Assembly (NCBI GenBank): GCA_963664225.1
Contig: OY760937.1
Location: 4,256,001-4,320,000 of the forward strand
Reading direction: 5' to 3'
Origin: Verrucomicrobiia bacterium
GTDB taxonomy: Bacteria > Verrucomicrobiota > Verrucomicrobiia > Limisphaerales > UBA1319
DNA length: 64,000 nucleotides
The notes below the pieces were generated by a model. That model searched no databases and had not been told where the DNA came from. It saw nothing but the letters and a program-made list of their open reading frames with translations. This document shows positions 30,913-40,565 of the stretch, piece by piece; position 1 is the stretch's first letter, and each line of letters begins with the position of its first letter. The translations under genes and the position numbers were made by a program.

Positions 30913-31929
30913 TTATTTGGCTTTATCAGTCGAAGGGCTGGTTACAATCGGAGAGACGGGGACTTCTTTTTTGGACTCAGGTTTTGGCAGTTCGGCGGTG
31001 TCATCGGCGGACCGCACAATGCGCAGACCGACAAAATCGGCGGAAGCCAGCCACCAGATGCTCTGGGGCGATTGAGGGTCCATTTCATTCCATTCCTCGG
31101 TTTCGATCATGCGTGAGGCGCTGCGCAATCCGGTGACACCCGATTCAAATGTGCCGCCTCGAATCACACCCGGCTGATTGGTGCTGGACTTCTGGCACCA
31201 TTCGCCAATGTTTCCAACGATGTCGTAGAGGCCGAACTTGTTTGGTTTGAGTTTGCCGATGGGCTGTGTGGTTTCCCGGCCCGTGTCATCCACCGAATTG
31301 TCCTTGAACCAGCCATACTCCTTCGCCTGGGCCGCGTCATTGCCCCAGAAATTGGGCGTGGTGGATCCGGCGCGACATGCGTATTCCCATTCCTCTTCCG
31401 TCGCGAGACGGTATTTGACGCCGGTTTTCTTGCTCAGCCACAGGCAATATTGACAGGCGGTGGGGTAGCCAAAGCCCAGCGCGGGGTATCCCTTTTCACC
31501 GCGCTCGCGGTAAACCGAACCGTAAGGTGCGGTGGGATGACTGATGCCATCCTTGTCCACACGACCTTCCAGTTTGTTCGTGTTACGGACGATTTCTGAC
31601 ATGTCAACGAATACAAAAGGGAGGAATTCCGCCCAGGATACTTCGTATTTGCCCATCCAGAAAGATTTTACGGTGACTTTCTTCTGAGGCAGGTCCGATT
31701 TATCACGACCGGCTTCATTAGCCGGGCTGCCAACCGTGATTTCGCCTCCTGGAATGGCGACCATATCAAAGGAGACGGAGCTTCCGGGCATTTTCTGCGT
31801 GTAGCTCTTAAACCCGTCATTGGGCAGATCGGCTGCCAGACCTGACGGTTGGCCCGCATTCAACACCAGAAACACAAGCAACGCGCCGATATGGAGGGTC
31901 ATTTTTGAAGATTTCATTCCAGGTTTCAT
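30913..31929 (-). CDS. Formylglycine-generating-enzyme (SUMF1/FGE-sulfatase) family secreted protein
   Basis: FWMGKYEV, YRLATEEEWEYACRAG, PNKFGLYDIVGNIGEW, RGG, GLR; start uncertain. Confidence 0.85.
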   Translation of the reverse strand: MKPGMKSSKMTLHIGALLVFLVLNAGQPSGLAADLPNDGFKSYTQKMPGSSVSFDMVAIPGGEITVGSPANEAGRDKSDLPQKKVTVKSFWMGKYEVSWAEFLPFVFVDMSEIVRNTNKLEGRVDKDGISHPTAPYGSVYRERGEKGYPALGFGYPTACQYCLWLSKKTGVKYRLATEEEWEYACRAGSTTPNFWGNDAAQAKEYGWFKDNSVDDTGRETTQPIGKLKPNKFGLYDIVGNIGEWCQKSSTNQPGVIRGGTFESGVTGLRSASRMIETEEWNEMDPQSPQSIWWLASADFVGLRIVRSADDTAELPKPESKKEVPVSPIVTSPSTDKAK

Positions 31930-32101
31930 GGATGTCCTTTTGTAAGGAGGCACGCAGTGCTCCTCCCACGTTATTATTTTTGACGTTTTCGACAGGTCAT
32001 CCATTCACCCAAATGGCGATTGGCCTTGATGGCGCAGTTGCAAAGCCGGGCCAAGGGACTGGAGCATGTTATGCACAGACTGAACGAGAGACCCGAAAGG
32101 T

Positions 32102-33025
32102 TTAATCCGGAGGAATTTCCGAGCCGTCCAGGGCGGGGTTGCTTACCGGGCTGTCAAATCGCACGTTTCCACGGACGATCCCTTCGTATTTGTCGTAGAA
32201 CTGGCCCCAAATAAGGCTGCTGGGTCTGACGAGCACCGAATGGCCATCCACATACACGGCGTTTACACGCTTGTTATGTTTTCGCATCTGGGATTGGAAA
32301 CGAAAATTCTGATTGCCTTTGGCCGCCGTCTGATCGGGATAGCTGCCGCCCGCCCAATAGCTGTCGAACCAGGCCGCATCCGCTTTTTCATTGCCAATTC
32401 CGCCCCCGATTTCCTTGGGATCGTCAGTGCCGTTGCATTCCGTCATCGCAATGGATTTCACCGGACTCTTGACCGACGACATCTTCCGCACGGTTCCTGA
32501 ATCCGTGAACACCCCGAGATAATTGAATCCATAGGATAGAAATCCCGTATATTGCGGATTAAATGTGCCTGATTCGGTTTTGTAGGTCTGCCCCCGCTTT
32601 TTGGTGGGGCATACCCAGACACTGGGATTCTTGAGATAGGGATGGAGTTGGATGGCCGGAGTGCGGAGCCACTCCCCGCCGCAATTCAACCCCGCCGAGT
32701 TTTTGTAGGGTCCCACCACCCACCATTGATTGGGCAATTGGTCGTTAAAATCACCGACGTAAAGCATCATGGCGATGCCAATCTGATGGGTGTTACTGAG
32801 GCATCCGGTGGCCTGGGCCTTGGCTTTGGCCTTGCCCAACGCGGGCAACAACATGCCCGCCAGGATGGCGATGATGGCGATGACCACCAGCAATTCGATC
32901 AGCGTGAAACCGGCGAGCCTATGATTACGGCGGGTCCGACGGGCGCGTTGGAATTGATATGGCGACAAACGATTTGAGAGTGTTTCCCCCGGAAGGAACG
33001 CGGTTTCTGAGGTGTGGATGCTCAT
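32102..33025 (-). CDS. Prepilin-type N-methylation / H-X9-DG protein
   Basis: [25 protein letters not shown] and [13 protein letters not shown]; start uncertain. Confidence 0.9.
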   Translation of the reverse strand: MSIHTSETAFLPGETLSNRLSPYQFQRARRTRRNHRLAGFTLIELLVVIAIIAILAGMLLPALGKAKAKAQATGCLSNTHQIGIAMMLYVGDFNDQLPNQWWVVGPYKNSAGLNCGGEWLRTPAIQLHPYLKNPSVWVCPTKKRGQTYKTESGTFNPQYTGFLSYGFNYLGVFTDSGTVRKMSSVKSPVKSIAMTECNGTDDPKEIGGGIGNEKADAAWFDSYWAGGSYPDQTAAKGNQNFRFQSQMRKHNKRVNAVYVDGHSVLVRPSSLIWGQFYDKYEGIVRGNVRFDSPVSNPALDGSEIPPD

Positions 33026-33271
33026 AATGGAGATGATTGGTTCGCAACGTTCTGTAACCAGTCTGGAATGTTTTGAGGCAGCGAAGGACGATGCCAGGAC
33101 TTTTGGCGAGTTCGACGTTTCGGTTGGTTGCGTCAGAAATCGGCTCATAACCAGGGACAAGTTTAGTCCCGGATTATCACAAAAGCGAATGGATTCTGAT
33201 AGAACAGGACTATCGAAGAATAGGACGAAAATCACCCGGGGGTGATCTCCGGCATTTAAGGCCGCAAGCTC

Positions 33272-34453
33272 TTACGCCATGAACGCGGTGTCCCAGTCCT
33301 TCCACACGGGTTCCAGGCCGAGGCTGCGCAGGCGCGTGGCGACTTCCTTGGGTGAGCGGTCGTCCGCAATATCAAACTGGCCCGTGGCGTCGGTGGGATG
33401 ATCCGCACCCGGGACAAAGGTTGCGGCCGTCCGGTGTTGGGTTTTTAAGGTGTTTTCCCGTCCAGCGCCGGTGTAGCCGCCAGGTTCGGTGTGGCTGCCC
33501 GCGCTGATCTGGGTGATGCCCAGGGGTATGAGTCCATCGCGCAATGCGGCGGGTTCACGGGTGGAGAGAACGAGATGGACATTCGGGAACAGCAGGCGTG
33601 TGGCGGCGATGAGTTGGGCAAACTCGCGGTCCGAGATGGGGCAGCGTGGGATGAACCCGCTGGCCGCTGGCCGGAGGCGCGGCAGGGAAATGCTGATCTG
33701 CGCCTTCCAGCAGTTTTTCAAAAGCCATTGGGCGTGGGCCATCAGGCAGAGCGCCTCCAGACGCCAGTCATTGAGGCCGAGCAATGCGCCCAAACCGAGC
33801 TTGCGAAATCCAGCGGCGTAGGCCCGCTCGGGTGTTCCCAGACGCCAGTTGAAATCGCTTTTAGGCCCCGAGGGATGCAATGGTCCGTAAAGCGCCCGGT
33901 CGTAGGTTTCCTGAAAAACGACCAATCCCTCCGCTCCGGCTTTGACGATGGGGGCGTAATCCCCGGTGGACATGGGCCCGACCTCCAGCGACACGGCCGG
34001 AGCCAGGTCGATGAGCGCGCTGACGCATTCAGCGAGGTACGCGGGTGGAACGAGTTTGGGATGTTCGCTGGCGACCAAAAGTAGATTTCGAAAACCCTGA
34101 GCGGCCAGGGCTTCAGCCTCGCGCCGGACTTCTTCGACGGACAGGGTGACACGCACAATGTCGTTACGCAGGGCAAAGCCGCAGTATTGGCAATTGTTGA
34201 CGCATTGGTTGGAAATGTAGATCGGAGCGAACATGCGGATGACCTTGCCGAAGCGCTGGCGGGTCATGGCCTGGGCGCGCTGGCAGAGGGGCTCGAGCAT
34301 TCCGGCGGCGGCCGGGGAAATCAGCACGGCAAAGTCCGCCAAAGAAAGCTCCGTCCGGTCCAAACACAGGTGTGCCTGGGCCGCATTGGCGGCGAGGGAA
34401 CGCCGGTGAACGCTGCCAAGCGCCTCCGGATTGAACTGATCCACAAAACTCAT
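33272..34453 (-). CDS. thiH: 2-iminoacetate synthase (radical SAM)
   Basis: FAPIYISNQCVNNCQYCGF, QETY, SLPRLRP, LSTRE, SAGSHTEPGGY, GQFDIADDRS. Confidence 0.92.
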   Translation of the reverse strand: MSFVDQFNPEALGSVHRRSLAANAAQAHLCLDRTELSLADFAVLISPAAAGMLEPLCQRAQAMTRQRFGKVIRMFAPIYISNQCVNNCQYCGFALRNDIVRVTLSVEEVRREAEALAAQGFRNLLLVASEHPKLVPPAYLAECVSALIDLAPAVSLEVGPMSTGDYAPIVKAGAEGLVVFQETYDRALYGPLHPSGPKSDFNWRLGTPERAYAAGFRKLGLGALLGLNDWRLEALCLMAHAQWLLKNCWKAQISISLPRLRPAASGFIPRCPISDREFAQLIAATRLLFPNVHLVLSTREPAALRDGLIPLGITQISAGSHTEPGGYTGAGRENTLKTQHRTAATFVPGADHPTDATGQFDIADDRSPKEVATRLRSLGLEPVWKDWDTAFMA

Positions 34454-34520
34454 CAGGCTAAATTAACAAAGACAGGGTGCAGGGCAAGCATCCAGAGGGG
34501 AGGGGTTGCGGTGGCAGCGG

Positions 34521-36050
34521 TCAGGTTATCTTGACGACCACGGCGGTGACATCGTCGAGTTGTTGGGTGTTATTTGAAAATACACGCACGGCCTGATAAA
34601 GGGCATCGACAATTTCGAAAGCGGGGCGGTTTAAGTGTGGACGGACGGCATTGAGGATGCGGTCCAGACCGAAAAAATCGCCAGCGGGGGACATGGATTC
34701 GTCCACGCCATCTGTGAGCAAAAGCACAACGTCCCCGGAGGCCAGTTGAATCTGGGAGGATTCCGTATATTTGGCATCCGGCTGGATGCCCAGCGGGCCG
34801 CCGGTGCGCTTGAGGAGGCATTTGAGTTCTCCTGACGCGCTGAGGACATATCCCGGGGGATGCCCGGCGCTCGCGTAGCTCAGGCGACGGTTTTTGGGAT
34901 CGAATTTCGTCAGGATCATGGTTACAAAGCGCTCGTAACTGACATCCTCGGCGAGCATTTGGTTGGCACGGTCCATGATGATGCCCAACTCGCTGCGATT
35001 GCGGGCGAGCAGGCGCAAATAAGCCCGGGTTTCGGCCATCAACATCGCGGGACCGATTCCGTGACCGGTGACATCCGCCACGACGACGCCCATGGCGCCA
35101 TCGGCCAGGGTGAGAAAGTCGAAGTAATCGCCGCCGGTGGCTTCCGCGGGATAGGAGGCGCCTGCGAGATCGAGGCCGGGAGTTTCCGGGGCGGACTTGG
35201 GGAAGAGGCGTTGTTGAATTTCCCGTGCGATTCGGAATTGTTCCTTGTTGTCGCGCAATTCGTTCTCGGCCTTTTTGCGTTCCGTGATGTCGCGGATGAA
35301 GGCGACGAGCCAGCGTTTGTGGTGCAATTCCATTTCGCTGAAGGCGATTTCAATGGCGATGCGGTGGCCGTCCTTATGCAAACCCACGGTTTCGCGCGGG
35401 GCATGTTTCACCTTGGGATCTCCGTGGAGCATGTAATCCTGCATCCCTGATATGTGTGCTCCGCGCAATTCATCCGGTTGAAGGATGGACAGGTTCTGGC
35501 CAACCAATTCAGTGGGAGAATAGCCAAAGACTGTTTCGACGGCGGGATTGGCGAAATGGATCAGACTTTCGGCATCCACCAGAATGACGGCGTCCGTGGA
35601 GGTCTCCCAAAGCAGGCGGTAACGCAGTTCGCTTTCGCGCAAGGCGGTCACGGCCTGGCGTCGCGCGGCGCGGCTTTCGGCCTCGCGGAGTTCGCGCGTA
35701 ACGGCAGGGACTAGGCGGGCGAGATTGCCCTTCATCAGGTAATCGTGGGCCCCGGCCTTCATGGCGGCCACTGCGATGTCCTCGCCGATTCCGCCGGAGA
35801 CAATGATGAAAGGCATGTCCAGGCCGCTTTGTCGGAGAACCTCCAGGGCTTCCTGCATGCTGAAGCGGGGCATGTTGAAATCCGACAGAACGAGATCCCA
35901 CTCTTGAGCACCCAGGGCTTCAAGCATTTCCTCACGCGTTTCGACCCTGCGGAATTGGGGATCAAATCCACCCTGGCGCAGCACATTGACCAGCATGGCC
36001 GCGTCAAACTCGGAATCCTCAACAATCAATGCGCGTAATGGAACTTTCAT
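34521..36050 (-). CDS. Response regulator with PAS and SpoIIE/PP2C phosphatase domains (RsbU-like)
   Basis: REC (LIVED, LSDFNMP), PAS (ELVGQN, HKDG), PP2C (GGDYFD, ADVTGHG, TDG, DDVT). Confidence 0.92.
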   Translation of the reverse strand: MKVPLRALIVEDSEFDAAMLVNVLRQGGFDPQFRRVETREEMLEALGAQEWDLVLSDFNMPRFSMQEALEVLRQSGLDMPFIIVSGGIGEDIAVAAMKAGAHDYLMKGNLARLVPAVTRELREAESRAARRQAVTALRESELRYRLLWETSTDAVILVDAESLIHFANPAVETVFGYSPTELVGQNLSILQPDELRGAHISGMQDYMLHGDPKVKHAPRETVGLHKDGHRIAIEIAFSEMELHHKRWLVAFIRDITERKKAENELRDNKEQFRIAREIQQRLFPKSAPETPGLDLAGASYPAEATGGDYFDFLTLADGAMGVVVADVTGHGIGPAMLMAETRAYLRLLARNRSELGIIMDRANQMLAEDVSYERFVTMILTKFDPKNRRLSYASAGHPPGYVLSASGELKCLLKRTGGPLGIQPDAKYTESSQIQLASGDVVLLLTDGVDESMSPAGDFFGLDRILNAVRPHLNRPAFEIVDALYQAVRVFSNNTQQLDDVTAVVVKIT

Positions 36051-36305
36051 AACCGGCCTTCGCCTCCTCTCCGTGTCTTGAAAAAGGCACGCGTCTGGCC
36101 GCCGAACAAAGAAATGCAGCGCGGCATCTCTGTAAGGCTGCCGCCGCGAAATTTCCACAAGTCGGTTTGCATGGGCTCAATTTTAGAGAGGCGCTGCGGA
36201 AAAACCATCACTTTTTACGACTGCAAATCCGGCGGTTGAATTGACTGGGGCTAAATCCAGCACTTCCGGCGTGACCACCAAAGGTAATGCTGGCATATTG
36301 GCTTG

Positions 36306-37064
36306 GTGACACCGAATGATGCCTACGAATTGCTGGAACGATATCGCACTGGGAAAGTGACCCGGGAGAAGGTGCTGCAAGCCTTCCAATCGGCACCGAT
36401 GGCGGAACTGGGATTTGCCCATGTGGATACGCACCGGGCGTTGCGCCAGGGTTTCCCCGAGGTCATTTATGGTGGCGGCAAGACCCCGGAACAAGTGGTG
36501 AAGATCGCCGCCAAAATTTTGGAGCGCGATTCGCGGCTGCTCGTTACGCGGGCCGGGCCTGAGCACGCGAAAAAGATGCGCCGGATTTTTAAGAAGGCGA
36601 AGTATCATGAAGCCGCGCGGTGCATCACAGTGGAAACAGCGCCGCATCCCAAACGCCCGGGCAAGATTGTCGTGTTATGCGCGGGCACCAGCGATTTGCC
36701 TGTGGCCGAGGAGGCCGCGATCACCGCGGACATCATGGGTAACACGATCGAGCGCCTTTATGACGTGGGCGTGGCGGGGCTGCACCGGCTGCTGGGGAAA
36801 CTGGAGATGGTTCAGAGCGCGAACGTGCTCGTGGTGGTGGCGGGCATGGAAGGGGCGCTGCCCAGCGTGGTGGCGGGATTGGTGTCGCGCCCGGTGATTG
36901 CCGTGCCGACCAGCATAGGTTATGGGGCGAGCTTTGGGGGTGTGGCGGCGCTGCTGGGCATGCTCAATAGTTGCGGCAGCGGGGTGACGGTGGTGAATAT
37001 CGACAATGGGTTTGGCGCGGGATACGCGGCCAGCCAGATCAATGCGCTGGCGGTTGGCGCTTGA
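36306..37064 (+). CDS. larB: Nickel-pincer cofactor biosynthesis carboxylase LarB
   Basis: [61 protein letters not shown]. Confidence 0.95.
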   Translation: MTPNDAYELLERYRTGKVTREKVLQAFQSAPMAELGFAHVDTHRALRQGFPEVIYGGGKTPEQVVKIAAKILERDSRLLVTRAGPEHAKKMRRIFKKAKYHEAARCITVETAPHPKRPGKIVVLCAGTSDLPVAEEAAITADIMGNTIERLYDVGVAGLHRLLGKLEMVQSANVLVVVAGMEGALPSVVAGLVSRPVIAVPTSIGYGASFGGVAALLGMLNSCGSGVTVVNIDNGFGAGYAASQINALAVGA

Positions 37065-37097
37065 GAGGCTTTGCATCTATGTTTGGCGAACCTTTTA

Positions 37098-37261
37098 ACC
37101 CGAAATCCGAAATAAGAATGGTCAAGACGATGCAATGCTTTGAGACAGCCATGATTTGCAATCGGCGAAGGTGTATTAAATCAATACTCCACAGCCGGTT
37201 TCAAACCATGGATGGCCAAATGATTGCGTCAGATGGGCCGTTCCTATTTCGGATTTCGGGT
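37098..37261. mobile_element. MITE (non-autonomous IS derivative), 164 bp
   Basis: Left TIR ACCCGAAATCCGAAATAAGAATGGTC (37098-37123) matches the reverse complement of 37236-37261 at 23/26 positions; TTA at 37095-37097 and at 39237-39239 once the intron is removed; no transposase. Confidence 0.75.
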
Positions 37262-39236
37262 GTGCGCCAGTGAAATTGGTAGCCTCGTGGGTGAAAGTCC
37301 CGCCGGTCGAATTAGACGGTTCACGACCGAAATGCAGCGTCCGGGACGAGGCCGTGAGGCCGAACCACAAGCGGGACGCTGAAAGAACTGTCGGGTCGTA
37401 ACGAAAGTAAACCTCATCAAATGAGCTCCGAAACCGAAATAACCGGTAAGCCGAGCCGCTACCCGAACGGCGAAGGCAGAAACGCGGCGTCATCAAATCG
37501 TCAAATGGGCGCTGTTGATTCCGGCGGAGTCAGCGAGGGCGACACGACAGGAAGGGAAACCAAGGTAAGCTGGGAGATCTCTGGAGGCGGGGCGATAAAG
37601 CCTCAACCGCCGGTGCAAGGAGGAACACCCTCCGAGGCCGCACGGGCAGCCAGAGAAGTCGGAGTCTTCCATAGTAGCGAAGAAGCTGGGGCGACCAAAA
37701 CCCCGGCGGAGCCAAGGGAAGGCACTTGGATCGAAGCGAATCAAAACAGCGAGGGACAGGGAGATGGCCTTGAGGGAGTGGAAACACTTTTTCAACGGAT
37801 AACAACCCCGATAAAAGTTCAAAAGCTGCAGCGAGCGCTATATTGCAAAGCCAAGGCTGAGCCGAAGTATCGGTTTTACAGCCTCTACGGAGAACTGCTG
37901 CGGAAGGACGTGCTGGAAACGGCAATGGCCTCCGTGGCGCACAACAATGGCGCGGCTGGGATCGACGGGCAGACATGCGACGTCTATCTTGCCAGCGACG
38001 AAGCCTGGGACCAATGGCGGAACCAACTGCTGGAGGAGTTACGCACGAAGAAGTATCGGCCAAGCCCGGTGAAGCGTGTGTATATACCAAAAGGAGACGG
38101 GAAGCTGCGACCCCTGGGCATCCCGACAGTGAAAGACCGGGTGGTGCAGACAGCGGTGGTGATTGTATTGCTGCCGATTCTGGAAGCCGATAGTCATCCG
38201 AACAGTTACGCCTATCATCCCAAACGCAATGCCCACCAAGCAATGGAGGCGATCAAGAAGGCTACGCTGACAGGACGCGTCGAAGTTATAGACGCGGACT
38301 TAAGCGGGTATTTTGACAGCATTCCCCACAGGCGTTTGTTGCGCATAGTGGCCAAGCGGGTCAGCGATGGAACAATTCTCAAGCTGATCGCAGGATGGCT
38401 GCGCGCGCCCGTGAATGAACCGCAAAGCGACACAGGGAAAGGCGGGACAAAGGGGGGGCAAGGTCAGAATCGACGGGGGACTCCGCAAGGCGGGGTTGTA
38501 TCGCCGATTTTAGCCAATGCATACCTCAACCAGTTGGATTGGGAAGTCAACGAACGCTGCGAACTCAAACCCGTGATGGTGAGATACGCGGATGATTTCG
38601 TGATACTCGGACAGCCGGGGCAGGGACGGGAACTGATGGAACGACTGGAACGATGGCTGAAGCAACGCGAGTTAGTGCTCAACGAGAAGAAGACCCGCTT
38701 GGTGGACCTCCGCCAGGATGGCATCAAATTCTTGGGATTCGCGCTAACAATGCGACAGGGGAAGGGGAAATGGAAATATCCGCATGTGGAACCCCATCCC
38801 AAGAGCCAGAAGAAGTTTCGAGACGGGATTCGGGAGAAACTCAACCGAAGCACGCTATGGCGTGATATCGGAGAGGTGATTCCCGAGCTCAACAAGAAAC
38901 TCAAAGGTTGGAAGGGTTACTTTCACTACGGGAACAGCACCAAGGTGATGGGCCAGATGAACGAATACGTCAGCAGCAAGTTACAACGATGGTTGTGGCG
39001 CAAACACGGATGTAGTCGGGCGCAATGGTCCACATACCCCAAGGAGGATCTCTATGAGCGTTATGGTTTATACCAAATGCCGGAATATGCGGCATGGAAA
39101 CGATGACGTCGAAGCGATGCAACGTATGATCCCCGGAGAGCCGGATGCGGGAAAACCGCCTGTCCGGTTCGATGAGGGGCGAAATGCGACGGTCATTGGC
39201 CACGGCCATTCAATCCGTCCATTTCGCCTACTCTAC
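37262..39236 (+). mobile_element. Full-length group II intron (IIB-like, AGC triad, RT ORF without endonuclease domain)
   Basis: 5' GTGCG at 37262; domain V GAGCCGGATGCGGGAAAACCGCCTGTCCGGTTC near 39138; domain VI ending CTACTCTAC at 39236; EBS1 loop ACCCGA (37461-37466) pairs with exon TCGGGT. Confidence 0.93.
37778..39106 (+). CDS. ltrA: Group II intron reverse transcriptase/maturase
   Basis: LQRALY.KAK, AAGIDG, RPLGIPTVKDRVVQ, DADLSGYFDSI, GTPQGG..SP.LAN.YL, RYADD, FLGF, X domain (GWKGYF); start codon uncertain. Confidence 0.93.
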   Translation: METLFQRITTPIKVQKLQRALYCKAKAEPKYRFYSLYGELLRKDVLETAMASVAHNNGAAGIDGQTCDVYLASDEAWDQWRNQLLEELRTKKYRPSPVKRVYIPKGDGKLRPLGIPTVKDRVVQTAVVIVLLPILEADSHPNSYAYHPKRNAHQAMEAIKKATLTGRVEVIDADLSGYFDSIPHRRLLRIVAKRVSDGTILKLIAGWLRAPVNEPQSDTGKGGTKGGQGQNRRGTPQGGVVSPILANAYLNQLDWEVNERCELKPVMVRYADDFVILGQPGQGRELMERLERWLKQRELVLNEKKTRLVDLRQDGIKFLGFALTMRQGKGKWKYPHVEPHPKSQKKFRDGIREKLNRSTLWRDIGEVIPELNKKLKGWKGYFHYGNSTKVMGQMNEYVSSKLQRWLWRKHGCSRAQWSTYPKEDLYERYGLYQMPEYAAWKR

Positions 39237-39277
39237 TTAAGAGGGCATGTTTAGTTTTTAAATCATCCGGGCATACC

Positions 39278-40528
39278 ATGGCGAACATACTTTATTTGGA
39301 CCTTATCAGCGGCATCAGCGGAGACATGTTTCTGGGGGCGATGCTTGATCTGGGGGTGGATTTTGAACGGCTCAAGCGCGAACTGAGCTGGTTGTGCGCG
39401 GACGGTTGCACGCTGCGTTTTGAGCGCAAGGGGAAAATGGGCATTAACGGCGTCAAGTTCGATGTCGATCTGGCGCCGGTTCACGAGCACCACCATGAAG
39501 ACGAATCCGCCCATAAACACGGCGGGGCCGCTCATTCGCATGGCCATGAGCATGGACGGAATTTTGCGGAGATTCGCAAGCTCATCGAGACCAGTCCTTA
39601 TTCGGTCTGGGTGAAGGAGCGGGCGATTTCGATGTTTTCCCGGGTGGCGGTGGCCGAGGGGAAGATTCACGGGCATCCTCCCGAGGAAGTCCATTTTCAC
39701 GAGGTCGGCGCCATGGATTCCATCGTCGATATTGTCGGCGCATGCCTGGCCCTGGAATGGCTGGGGCGGCCGCGGGTGCTGGCCTCTGCGGTGGTGGATG
39801 GGACGGGATGGATCGATTGCGCGCATGGGCGTTTTCCCATTCCCGCGCCGGCCACGCTCGAAATATTGGCGGCACGGCAGGTGGCGGTAAGCCAATGCGA
39901 CGAGCCGCATGAACTGGTGACGCCCACGGGAGCGGCCTTGTTATCGGAGTTTGCCCAGGAGTTTGGCCCGATGGTTGGGCTCAAGCCGGTGAGAATCGGA
40001 TATGGCATCGGGGGACGGGATCATGTGACGCGACCCAATGTGTTGCGCGCGGTGCTTTGTGAAACGGATGAATCCAAGTCCGATTGGGAGACCGATAACG
40101 TGGTTCTGCTGGAAAGCAATATCGACGATTTGAATCCTGAAATTCTTGGAAATTTCATGGAAGTGGCCTTGGGGGCGGGCGCGTTGGATGTGTTTTACAC
40201 ACCCATCCAAATGAAGAAGAACCGGCCCGGAACGATGCTGTCACTCTTGTGCCCGATCGGGCAGGCGGATGCTTTTGCGGCGTTGATCCTCAGGGAAACC
40301 AGCGCGTTTGGCGTACGAAAAATCGTCTGCGAGCGTCGGAAATTGAGACGGGAGTTTTCCATCGTGGAGACTTCCTACGGACCGGTATCCATCAAGGTGG
40401 GGCGGCTCGATGGCGAGGTCTTGCACCGCACGCCCGAGTATGAATCCTGCAGGGAATTGGCGGCCAAGAAGAACGTGCCGGTGCGAAAGGTCTATGAAGC
40501 GGCCATCAAGGCGCTGCCCAAGGTTTGA
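39278..40528 (+). CDS. larC: Nickel insertion protein LarC
   Basis: SGISGDMFLGA, His-rich linker, VHFHEVGAMDSIVDI, PAPAT, TPTGAA, MKKNRPG, PEYE. Confidence 0.95.
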   Translation: MANILYLDLISGISGDMFLGAMLDLGVDFERLKRELSWLCADGCTLRFERKGKMGINGVKFDVDLAPVHEHHHEDESAHKHGGAAHSHGHEHGRNFAEIRKLIETSPYSVWVKERAISMFSRVAVAEGKIHGHPPEEVHFHEVGAMDSIVDIVGACLALEWLGRPRVLASAVVDGTGWIDCAHGRFPIPAPATLEILAARQVAVSQCDEPHELVTPTGAALLSEFAQEFGPMVGLKPVRIGYGIGGRDHVTRPNVLRAVLCETDESKSDWETDNVVLLESNIDDLNPEILGNFMEVALGAGALDVFYTPIQMKKNRPGTMLSLLCPIGQADAFAALILRETSAFGVRKIVCERRKLRREFSIVETSYGPVSIKVGRLDGEVLHRTPEYESCRELAAKKNVPVRKVYEAAIKALPKV

Positions 40529-40565
40529 TTCCACTTTCGAAAGCGGCACCCGCGCCTGCTGAGGA

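Noticed and set aside
34454..34520. TPP riboswitch upstream of thiH
   Set aside because: Spacer too short and no CTGAGA core
37421..37777. 119-codon N-terminal extension of the RT in the ORF track
   Set aside because: It overlaps ribozyme domains I-III including the EBS motifs; RT similarity begins only at about ITTPIKVQ
37262..39236. Retron, DGR or CRISPR-associated RT interpretation
   Set aside because: Intron ends, domains V/VI and maturase X domain are present; no template/variable repeat pair, msr-msd or array seen
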